Assembly (NCBI GenBank): GCA_964429235.1
Contig: CAYSAQ010000001.1
Span: forward strand, 266,045-330,044
DNA from: an uncultured Candidatus Marinamargulisbacteria bacterium
GTDB taxonomy: Bacteria > Margulisbacteria > Riflemargulisbacteria > GWF2-35-9 > DYQY01
DNA: 64,000 nt
Direction: 5' to 3'
The notes under the pieces were generated by a model. That model saw nothing but the letters and a program-made list of their open reading frames with translations, was not told the origin of the DNA and searched no databases. A program made the position numbers and the translations under genes. Position 1 is the first letter of the stretch. Every line of letters starts with the position of its first letter. Below are positions 9,828 through 17,705 of the stretch, in pieces.

Positions 9828-10677
9828 TAGGTGGTGTCTCCTTAATGTTTCGATTATTTTTTATTCTTTTATATTCTTGATAAATAGTTTGTTTTATTAT
9901 TATTTCAAAATCAAATCCTTTTACATTATATGAATCAATAGCTTCTATCGTTAAATCAAAAATTTCTCCTGAACTTATAAATAAATTGCGAACAGTACGA
10001 GTCATAAAATATGATAATTCTTTATATTCATCTTTTTGAACTGCAGATATTTCTTTGTTATGCCTAGTTTCTTTTACGCTTTCATTTATTCCCAGTGCAT
10101 ATTCCTTAATAATTATAAAAGCTTGTACGAATTCCCCCCACTTAATAAATAAATTTTTTTGTTTAGAATACTTTGATTTACAATAATCATTTAATAAAAC
10201 AATATGCTCTGGCATTAGTTCTTTAATTTCTAAAATCGCTAAGCCCAAAGGTCTATCCTGGTTTATTCTTTCATCATCAACTTGTTTTAATCGATATATA
10301 ATTGATAGATTATAATATGCAATACTGTAAGCTTCTTGTAGTTTATTAAATTTCATCTTTTTCTTTTGTTGTTCCTTAAACCATGTTTCAAGAAGGAAAA
10401 CAATAAGACCTACTATTAGTCCTGTTAGTATACCTGGAGCATAATCTTTCCAGAAAGATACTTTGGAGTCAATAATAATAGGATATGCATGATTTCCTTG
10501 TTGCAATGTGATTGTTTCTTTTTTTGTATATGCAACTAGTTCATTAAGTGTTGAGGAATGAACAGTTAATGCTACGTTAACTGTAGGGTTATTTAAAGAA
10601 ACATATATTTGATTATTAATAGTGGCAATATTAGTTGTTGGCATTAGGTTGATTCCTTTAAAGGGATTAGCCCCCAT
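9814..10677 (-). CDS. Hypothetical single-pass membrane protein (287 aa), co-transcribed with the TIR gene
   Basis: One predicted TM helix (ILTGLIVGLIVFLLETWF) followed by KEQQKKKMK. No recognisable domain. An alternative ATG at 10644 overlaps the TIR stop (TAATG) and has an AAAGGAAT SD. Confidence 0.45.
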   Translation of the reverse strand: MGANPFKGINLMPTTNIATINNQIYVSLNNPTVNVALTVHSSTLNELVAYTKKETITLQQGNHAYPIIIDSKVSFWKDYAPGILTGLIVGLIVFLLETWFKEQQKKKMKFNKLQEAYSIAYYNLSIIYRLKQVDDERINQDRPLGLAILEIKELMPEHIVLLNDYCKSKYSKQKNLFIKWGEFVQAFIIIKEYALGINESVKETRHNKEISAVQKDEYKELSYFMTRTVRNLFISSGEIFDLTIEAIDSYNVKGFDFEIIIKQTIYQEYKRIKNNRNIKETPPNDKT

Positions 10678-11420
10678 TGACCTCGTTGTTTTTCATGCAT
10701 TACTCCTATGAATTTAATATCAATATCTTTTTTCTTGGTTATTTCTGCTACAAAAGGGAATCCAGGAACTGTAGCAGCGCCTATAGACATTGTTTGTCCA
10801 TTAAATATTTTGCCATTGTTCAATTTTATTCCTTCATTAAAACCACCCATAAACATAACCTGACTAATACATTTAAACTTTAATTCACCTTTAGTATTAT
10901 TTACTAATAATAAATAGTTAGAAATCGGCTCCATATAATGAATCGCCTTACATTCTATAATTAATTTATTATCTAGTTTTTTCACTTCAGCTATTAAGTT
11001 ATGAAATTCAGCTGGTTGCCGATATGTGTTTTCTCCAGAAATAACATCAATAAGTTGTCTAAGAGTGACTTCTAGTCCATCTTGAAATAAATTTATCCAT
11101 AATGTCTGTAATAATACTGGTGGCATTAAGCAATCATCTAATTTTACAGGAATAAATTTAGTTTCTCCTTTTGTAGCTTTTAATATTGCATTTTGCCATT
11201 CAAGTTCAACAAGTTTACTTTGCAGACTATTTTTTGATACAAAAAATATAAAGAATTTACATTTATCAAGTCCTTCATTCATTTTATCGATGACGCCATC
11301 ACCTGGTTGAATTGACCATGAGTCATAGAAAACTTTATCTTGTCCAAACGTATCTTTTAAACGAACAGCTAATTGTTCGATAATAGGTTTATCTTTGTGG
11401 TTATGTGAAAGAAAGATCAC
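10644..11420 (-). CDS. TIR-domain protein with an uncharacterised ~130-aa C-terminal domain
   Basis: TIR hallmarks: IFLSHNHKD (betaA), VFYDSWSIQPGD, FFIFFVSKNSLQSKLVELEWQNA (conserved Glu in alphaC) and KFIPVKLDD (betaD). Start taken as the GTG at 11420, which has a GGGAGG SD and overlaps the Abi stop (GTGA). The track ORF starts at a TTG at 11438. Confidence 0.6.
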   Translation of the reverse strand: MIFLSHNHKDKPIIEQLAVRLKDTFGQDKVFYDSWSIQPGDGVIDKMNEGLDKCKFFIFFVSKNSLQSKLVELEWQNAILKATKGETKFIPVKLDDCLMPPVLLQTLWINLFQDGLEVTLRQLIDVISGENTYRQPAEFHNLIAEVKKLDNKLIIECKAIHYMEPISNYLLLVNNTKGELKFKCISQVMFMGGFNEGIKLNNGKIFNGQTMSIGAATVPGFPFVAEITKKKDIDIKFIGVMHEKQRGQWGLIPLKEST

Positions 11421-12325
11421 TTCAAAAAATCCTCCCAATTAGTAGGGAATCCATATGCGCCCAGTTCAATGCTTGGGAATTCATTAGCCAATTCATTTAA
11501 TCTATATTTCCATTTGCTTTGTGAAGCAATTTCTTGCATAAAATAATTACAAATCATAATAATACTAAAAACTTTTTGATTTGAAACAGTAGTTGGATTA
11601 TGCCATTTTGGAAATTTGTTTTTTGCAGGAATTAAAGGCTTATAACCAAGCACCCTATTAAAAAGTATTGAATGGTGAGCACAAATGTTTCTCATCGAAT
11701 GTAATGATCTAATCCAAGATAAAAGCAATTTATCAGCTATTTTATAATGCGAAGCTATTTTTTTTATTAGCTCATCGGGCAATCCTTTAAACAAGGTATG
11801 TGTTGTTCCAAATGAAACTATTTCTATAAGTATCCATATTGGTAAGTCATTATGTTTCCGCCCATATTTATTAAAGAAATTTACAACAAAGTTTTCTTTA
11901 GATTTACTTGATTTCCCTCTTTTTCTAAATGTTTCTTTTCGAATCCCTTTGATTAGGTTCTTATACTCTTTACTTGTTAGGTTAGGAAAGTTGCTTTTCT
12001 TTAAATAGCCAAATGTTCCACATTTCTCAGCAAAAAGGTATACTACTTGTGTCCTGAAAGAAATCTCAATCCTTTCAATAGCCTCTAGTAATATAATCCT
12101 GAGTCTACGATCAAATTTGTATAAGTCCCAGATTTTTTCTAAAGTTATATCTGATAGGAAGTTTTCAGAATTTTTTTGTCTAAAAGGATAGAGATACCCA
12201 GTAAATCTATAATAATTAACTGACTGTAAAACTTTAACCAGCTTTCCCTTATCAGCTATCAATCCTCTGGAAATTAATTTATTAGCTTGATCCTCAAAAG
12301 ATATCCATTGCTTGTTATATTGCAT
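11417..12325 (-). CDS. Abi_2 family (AbiD/AbiF-like) HEPN abortive-infection protein
   Basis: ~300 aa with the HEPN Rx4HH motif (LHSMRNICAHHSILFN). Start taken at the second ATG (12325), which has an AGGGGA SD. Confidence 0.55.
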   Translation of the reverse strand: MQYNKQWISFEDQANKLISRGLIADKGKLVKVLQSVNYYRFTGYLYPFRQKNSENFLSDITLEKIWDLYKFDRRLRIILLEAIERIEISFRTQVVYLFAEKCGTFGYLKKSNFPNLTSKEYKNLIKGIRKETFRKRGKSSKSKENFVVNFFNKYGRKHNDLPIWILIEIVSFGTTHTLFKGLPDELIKKIASHYKIADKLLLSWIRSLHSMRNICAHHSILFNRVLGYKPLIPAKNKFPKWHNPTTVSNQKVFSIIMICNYFMQEIASQSKWKYRLNELANEFPSIELGAYGFPTNWEDFLK

Positions 12326-12337
12326 AGACATCCCCTG

Positions 12338-12387
12338 AAAATAAAAAAACCCGTCGAATTACGCTTACATGTAGAGGCGCGACGGGT
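12338..12387 (-). terminator. Intrinsic terminator-like hairpin plus U-tract between hsdM and the abi gene
   Basis: 8-bp stem acccgtcg/cgacgggt (12349-12356 / 12380-12387) with a 23-nt loop, followed on the minus strand by TTTTTTTATTTT (12338-12349). Confidence 0.45.
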
Positions 12388-12460
12388 ATACTATTTTCAT
12401 TATACCCATAAAATGAGTAAATTAAACATATTATTATTAATATTATGATCATAATATAAA

Positions 12461-13960
12461 CTATCCCAATATCTCTTCTAAATGCTTCTTCATCTTTTTT
12501 TCAGCAACTACAAGCTGTTTATCAATTTCAACAAGCTCTTTTTGAACTTTTGTAATATCTATCTCTTCTTCTTCCTCAAAAGTATCCACAAAACGAGTTA
12601 TATTTAAATTATAGTCGTTTTCTTCTATTTCTTTGTAATTAACAACCCTAGCGAATTTCTCTACATCTTCTCGTTTTTCATAAGTATCAAGAATCTTCTT
12701 AATATTTTTTGGTTCAAGCTTATTCTGAGCTTTTTCTGATTTAAACTCTTTTGATGCTTCAATAAAGAATATATCTTTCTTGTTTTCATTAGCACCACCA
12801 ACTTCTCGAGACTTATCTATAATCAATATAGCAACAGGTATACCTGTAGTTTGAAAAAGACCTGCTGGCAAACCAATAACAGTATCAATAATATTTTCTT
12901 CTAAAAGCTGTTTTCTTATCTTTCCTTCTGCGCCACCTCTAAACAAAACACCATGAGGAACAATCACAACAACTTTTCCTTCTTTTGCTTTTGCTGTCTC
13001 TATCATATGACTGATAAAGGCATAATCACCTTTATCTTTTGGCGCTATGCCTCTGTGAAATCTATTATATGGATCATTTTCAGCATTTTCAGCACCCCAT
13101 TTTTTTAAACTAAATGGTGGATTTGCCACTACTAAGTCAAACTTCATTAATCTATCGTCTTCTATTAGTAATGGGTGGTTTAATGTGTCACCCCACTCTA
13201 ACCTTGCCGAATCCTTACCGTGCAGAAACATATTCATTCTTGCTAAATTATAAGTAGTTCCTATCTTTTCTTGACCATATAGTGCATAGTTATTTGAACC
13301 AACTTCATCACCTGCTAATAGTAAGAGACCACCCGACCCCATAGCTGGATCACAAATACGAGAACCCTCTTTAGGTTTTGCTAATTTTGCAACAAGTTCA
13401 GCAACTTCGTGTACTGTAAAAAACTCACCCGCCTTTTTCCCTGCATCAGCACCGAACCGCTCAATCATAAACATATATGCACGACCTATAATATCTTCTT
13501 CTGCCTCACTAAGGTCTATTTTGGCAAAATCACCAATCAAATCACGCAACATTTTATTTCTCTGAGTAGTTTTACCTAGGACTGACTCAGAATTAAAATT
13601 AACTGAATCAAACAATCCTTTTAATCGCTCATTCTTATCTTCTATCTTATGCAAAGCTTTATTAATGATTTCGCCAATATTATCGGCTGACTGTTGCCTG
13701 TATATATCATAAAAACTTGCTCCTTTTGGCAATACAAACCTAAAATTCTTTAACTTCATCGAGATTCTTTCTTCATCACTACCATATCTAGCTTCAAGCT
13801 TTTCTACTTCAACTTTATGAAGGTCACTCATGTATTTATAGAACAAAAAAGTCAACGCATAATCTTTAAAAACTCCACCATCCACAGTTCCCCTAGATGA
13901 ATTTGCAGCATCCCATAAAGTACCGTTCAATACATCTTGTGTATATTTTTTAGTATTCAT
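12461..13960 (-). CDS. hsdM: Type I restriction-modification DNA methyltransferase subunit (HsdM)
   Basis: N6-adenine methyltransferase motifs DPAMGSGGLL (motif I) and VVANPPFS (motif IV). 499 aa. Confidence 0.9.
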   Translation of the reverse strand: MNTKKYTQDVLNGTLWDAANSSRGTVDGGVFKDYALTFLFYKYMSDLHKVEVEKLEARYGSDEERISMKLKNFRFVLPKGASFYDIYRQQSADNIGEIINKALHKIEDKNERLKGLFDSVNFNSESVLGKTTQRNKMLRDLIGDFAKIDLSEAEEDIIGRAYMFMIERFGADAGKKAGEFFTVHEVAELVAKLAKPKEGSRICDPAMGSGGLLLLAGDEVGSNNYALYGQEKIGTTYNLARMNMFLHGKDSARLEWGDTLNHPLLIEDDRLMKFDLVVANPPFSLKKWGAENAENDPYNRFHRGIAPKDKGDYAFISHMIETAKAKEGKVVVIVPHGVLFRGGAEGKIRKQLLEENIIDTVIGLPAGLFQTTGIPVAILIIDKSREVGGANENKKDIFFIEASKEFKSEKAQNKLEPKNIKKILDTYEKREDVEKFARVVNYKEIEENDYNLNITRFVDTFEEEEEIDITKVQKELVEIDKQLVVAEKKMKKHLEEILG

Positions 13961-14538
13961 TACTTAGCTCCTTTTCTAATAGTTATATCAATATATTTAT
14001 TAATAATTTGCTGTTCCGTAGCCATCTTCTTTTTAGTCAAAATAAAATAATCCTTAAAGTCATTAAACTTTTCAACAACATCATATTGCTCTTTAAGGGT
14101 AAGTGATGGAATCGTAACATTGGAAATATTAGACTTATTTATAAACGGAATAGTTGTTGTTTCTAGCAAATTCAAAATCTGTTTTTGACCGTCTTTTGAA
14201 TTAAGATATAAACTTACATACTCAGGGTCAAACTGCTGAGAACTAACTCTAATAACAAAAACACCAGAAGTGCATAAATATTGAGCTGAATCCTTATTAC
14301 AAAATATTGAAGAAGTAAATCTTCCCCTATTTGTAATTAGAACATCTTTTCTTTTTAGCATACTTTTCCCACCAGTAGATAATGAGACTTTAATCAAGCC
14401 ATTGTAATCAATACTTGTATCAGTTTTAATATCCCTAGGCTGTATTACAAATGTATTACTATCAACAGAATTCTCGAGTTTCTCCCTAAATGAATGTCCT
14501 AAAAAAATATCAGCTATATCACATAATTTATTTATCAT
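13960..14538 (-). CDS. Truncated (single-TRD) HsdS-like specificity protein
   Basis: 192 aa with one TRD plus the conserved IPSLTLKEQ..VVEKF region. Its stop overlaps the hsdM start by 1 nt. Confidence 0.6.
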   Translation of the reverse strand: MINKLCDIADIFLGHSFREKLENSVDSNTFVIQPRDIKTDTSIDYNGLIKVSLSTGGKSMLKRKDVLITNRGRFTSSIFCNKDSAQYLCTSGVFVIRVSSQQFDPEYVSLYLNSKDGQKQILNLLETTTIPFINKSNISNVTIPSLTLKEQYDVVEKFNDFKDYFILTKKKMATEQQIINKYIDITIRKGAK

Positions 14539-14544
14539 GGCTAA

Positions 14545-14572
14545 ATTATAACAGAACAGTAGATAGTGTCAA
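14545..14572 (-). promoter_or_regulatory. Consensus sigma70 promoter (TTGACA-N16-TATAAT) driving the RM island; likely leaderless transcript
   Basis: Minus strand reads TTGACA (14572-14567), a 16-nt spacer, then TATAAT (14550-14545). The ATG at 14538 lies only 6 nt after the -10, and there is no SD. Confidence 0.55.
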
Positions 14573-14594
14573 GTACAGTATTGAGATACTGTAC
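14573..14594. promoter_or_regulatory. Perfect 9-bp inverted repeat (GTACAGTAT-N4-ATACTGTAC) abutting the -35 box; candidate operator
   Basis: Palindrome read directly from the sequence, immediately upstream of the island promoter's -35. Confidence 0.4.
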
Positions 14595-14805
14595 CAAGTT
14601 ATGGTAGCGGTAACAGAAATTAATAATATGCATGAGAAAATTAACCATCAATCTAATAATCTATTACTATAACTTATATCATACGCTAAACCCCTTATAA
14701 AATGTAGGATTACTGCCCTATATTAAAATATTAGGATTGATTTTTTACTTTTGCATTCTAAATACGTCTTCCCAATTGTTTAGCCGAATTAGAAAGAATA
14801 AATTA

Positions 14806-14965
14806 ACATCTATGCGGGCACTCTCCGCTACGCCTCAGGCGTACGAGAAAAGCCATTGCCCTATGATTTTCCAAGCATGATTTAATTGTAGTCTTTCTTT
14901 AAGGGAGTTTTGGGAAGACTAGGCGGGATTGTTAAGGGCGGCTATAAGCCCTTAATTCATTTATT
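14806..14965 (+). promoter_or_regulatory. GC-rich structured 5' leader ending in an intrinsic terminator (ttaagggc-N8-gcccttaa + TTCATTTATT at 14932-14965); riboswitch or attenuator candidate upstream of DUF1015-mgtE
   Basis: Locally GC-rich stretch containing several hairpins (gggca...tgccc, tacgcc-tca-ggcgta) and a perfect 8-bp stem with a T-rich tail about 57 nt before the first ORF of the operon. Confidence 0.4.
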
Positions 14966-15021
14966 GGCAAGACTTATCATCCATGAGAAAATTATTCCAT
15001 CTTTTTCAGAGGAGTACATTA

Positions 15022-16269
15022 ATGGTAACAATCAGAGCTTTCAAAGGAATCAGACCAAAAAAAGGATTAGAAGAGAAAATAGCTTCTAGACCATATGACG
15101 TACTCAACTCAGAAGAAGCTCGTGAAGAGGCCAAAGGCAACGTAATGTCCCTATACCATATTATTAAACCAGAAATAGATTTCTCAGCAGATACAGATGC
15201 GCACTCACAGGAAGTATATGATAGTGCAGTTGCTAGTTTTACAAAATTCAAAGAAAACAACTGGTTAATCCAAGATGAAGCTCCTTCCCTATATATATAT
15301 GCTCAAACAATGGATGGAAGAACCCAATATGGACTTGCCGCTTGTGCGAGTGTAGATGATTACTTAAACGATAAAATCAAAAAGCATGAGCTTACTAGAA
15401 AAGACAAAGAAGAAGATAGAATGCTTCATGTACGAATCAATAATGCAAATATTGAACCAGTGTTCTTCTCATACAGATCTAACAATAGAATAAATGAAAT
15501 TATCAGTAATGTTACAGACAATTCAGAAGCAATCTATAACTTCACTTCAGAAGACAATATCGGACATTCTTTTTGGATAATTAACAGTAATGACACAATT
15601 ACTGAAATTACTAATATTTTTCAAAATATTGATTCTACTTATGTTGCTGATGGACATCACAGAAGTGCTGCAGCTGCATTAGTTGGTAAAGAAAAAAGAG
15701 AGAAATACCCAAACTACTCTGGAGATGAAGAATTCAACTATTTTCTAGCAGTTCATTTTCCTGACAACCAATTAAAGATATTTGACTATAACAGAGTAAT
15801 TAAAGATTTAAACGGTCTTACAACCGAACAATTTTTAGAGAAACTCTCTGAGAACTTCAACATAGAAAAAATGGGGACTAATCAATACAGACCGGGAAAC
15901 ATACATATTATGGGACTCTACATTGAGAGCAATTGGTATAAATTGGAGTTCAAAGATGGGACGTATGATGATGCAGATCCAATCAAAGCACTAGATGTTA
16001 CTACTCTTACAAAATATGTACTTGAACCAATCATAAACATCACAGACCTGAGAACAAGCAAAAGGATTGATTTTATTGGAGGCATAAGAGGTTTAGAAGA
16101 ATTAGAAAAGCGTGTAGATTCCGGTGAAATGGTAGCTGCCTTCGCAATGTACCCAGTATCAATGGACCAACTAATCAATATAGCTGATAGTGGAAATATA
16201 ATGCCACCAAAAACAACTTGGTTTGAACCTAAGTTGCGAAGTGGCTTGATTATACATAGCTTAGACTAG
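15022..16269 (+). CDS. DUF1015 family protein
   Basis: ADGHHR signature and N-terminal IRAFKGIRP. GAGGAG SD 7 nt before the ATG at 15022; the track ORF starts earlier, at 14983. Confidence 0.7.
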   Translation: MVTIRAFKGIRPKKGLEEKIASRPYDVLNSEEAREEAKGNVMSLYHIIKPEIDFSADTDAHSQEVYDSAVASFTKFKENNWLIQDEAPSLYIYAQTMDGRTQYGLAACASVDDYLNDKIKKHELTRKDKEEDRMLHVRINNANIEPVFFSYRSNNRINEIISNVTDNSEAIYNFTSEDNIGHSFWIINSNDTITEITNIFQNIDSTYVADGHHRSAAAALVGKEKREKYPNYSGDEEFNYFLAVHFPDNQLKIFDYNRVIKDLNGLTTEQFLEKLSENFNIEKMGTNQYRPGNIHIMGLYIESNWYKLEFKDGTYDDADPIKALDVTTLTKYVLEPIINITDLRTSKRIDFIGGIRGLEELEKRVDSGEMVAAFAMYPVSMDQLINIADSGNIMPPKTTWFEPKLRSGLIIHSLD

Positions 16270-16325
16270 CTACAACTGCCTGCTAGGGACTTTAAGCTTT
16301 GAGCATTTAGACGTACAATACCTAT

Positions 16326-17705
16326 ATGCAGGACAATCAGGTTAATCTAGAAGAAATCCAACAAATTTTAATATCAGGAACTTTAACTGATATTAGATTA
16401 TTAGTTGCAGAAGTTCACCAAGCAGATATCGCTGATGCGCTTGAAGCCATGAACAGAGAAAACCGTATTACTTTCTTTAAAAAAGTTAAGCCAGAGATCA
16501 TTAAAGAGGTTTTTGAGGAAATAGAACACCCTATTCAGGCTGAACTAGTAAAAAAGCTATCTCGCATCAAAGTAACAGAACTGATTGACCATCTAGATGC
16601 CGATGATGCAGCTGATTTAATCCTGAACATCCAAGAAGAAGATGAAACATTGGCTGAAAATATTTTAAAATCACTTAAAGAACGAATCGAAATTCAAAAA
16701 CTTCTGAAATATGAAGAACATACTGCTGGAAGTATCATGAATCCAGACTTTATAGCTATCCCTGAGAATTTGACTGTAAAACAAGCTATATTACTATTCA
16801 AAAAAGCAAATCCATCTGATGAGGAATTTGTTTACTATATATATATTATTGATGATGCTGGCGTGCTGCAAGGAATTACCAACTTAAAAGACCTTATACT
16901 TGCTAACCCAACAACACACATTGAAACACTCAGAGATGAGAACTTCCAATCTGTATATGTAAATATTGACCAAGAAGAAGCTGCAAATATGATATCGAAA
17001 TATGACCTTGTCGAACTTCCAGTAGTAGATGATAACAATAAAATGATTGGTATTATTACTGTTGATGACGTTGTTGATATTATGAGAGAAGAAGCTACAG
17101 AGGATTTCCTGAAATTATCAGGCACCACCACAGGTGAATTAGACGAAGAAACACTCCTTAGTGGCAACATATTTAACTCAGCAAAAACTAGATTGCGTTG
17201 GCTCATGCTTACTATGGTCGGAGGGCTACTTTCTGGTAGCATACTCGCATATTTCACTGTTACATTTAAAGACATTGATTTATCACTACCTATTATTCTC
17301 AGCTTCATTCCATTACTTATTGGTATTGGCGGTAATGTAGGGAATCAAGCAGCAACAATAATGGTACGCGGACTAGCAACAGGACATATAAGACCTCACT
17401 CTGTTATGAAAAACATCTACAGAGAAATGGGGATCAGTATAATTATTGCTTTTGGCGTATCAATTAGCCTCTTTATTATTACGTTTATACTTTTCAAAAC
17501 ACCAATATATGGATCAATGATTGGAATCGCTATACTCTTAAACATTATTCTTAGTTCTGCCTTTGGCATTACATTACCCCTATTATTCAACAAAGTAGGA
17601 ATTGACCCAGCTATTGCCTCTGCTCCATTCATTTCAACTACAATTGATGTAGCTGGTCTAGCCATATACTTTATTGTTCTATCTACTACTTTATACTTTA
17701 TCTAA
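16326..17705 (+). CDS. mgtE: Magnesium transporter MgtE
   Basis: MgtE N-domain, tandem CBS region and C-terminal TM domain. 459 aa. Confidence 0.85.
   Translation: MQDNQVNLEEIQQILISGTLTDIRLLVAEVHQADIADALEAMNRENRITFFKKVKPEIIKEVFEEIEHPIQAELVKKLSRIKVTELIDHLDADDAADLILNIQEEDETLAENILKSLKERIEIQKLLKYEEHTAGSIMNPDFIAIPENLTVKQAILLFKKANPSDEEFVYYIYIIDDAGVLQGITNLKDLILANPTTHIETLRDENFQSVYVNIDQEEAANMISKYDLVELPVVDDNNKMIGIITVDDVVDIMREEATEDFLKLSGTTTGELDEETLLSGNIFNSAKTRLRWLMLTMVGGLLSGSILAYFTVTFKDIDLSLPIILSFIPLLIGIGGNVGNQAATIMVRGLATGHIRPHSVMKNIYREMGISIIIAFGVSISLFIITFILFKTPIYGSMIGIAILLNIILSSAFGITLPLLFNKVGIDPAIASAPFISTTIDVAGLAIYFIVLSTTLYFI

Noticed and set aside
14573-14594. Possible LexA/SOS box (CTGT/ACAG-containing palindrome) upstream of an island that contains a dinD-like gene.
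   Set aside because: The half-sites are arranged ACAG-N10-CTGT, the reverse of the E. coli CTGT-N8-ACAG consensus. The site also does not match the Gram-positive CGAAC-N4-GTTCG box. Kept only as a generic operator candidate.
14700-14965. M-box (Mg2+) riboswitch upstream of the mgtE operon.
   Set aside because: I could not find the conserved M-box core sequences I remember, and mgtE is the second gene of the operon. The element is reported only as an unclassified structured leader.
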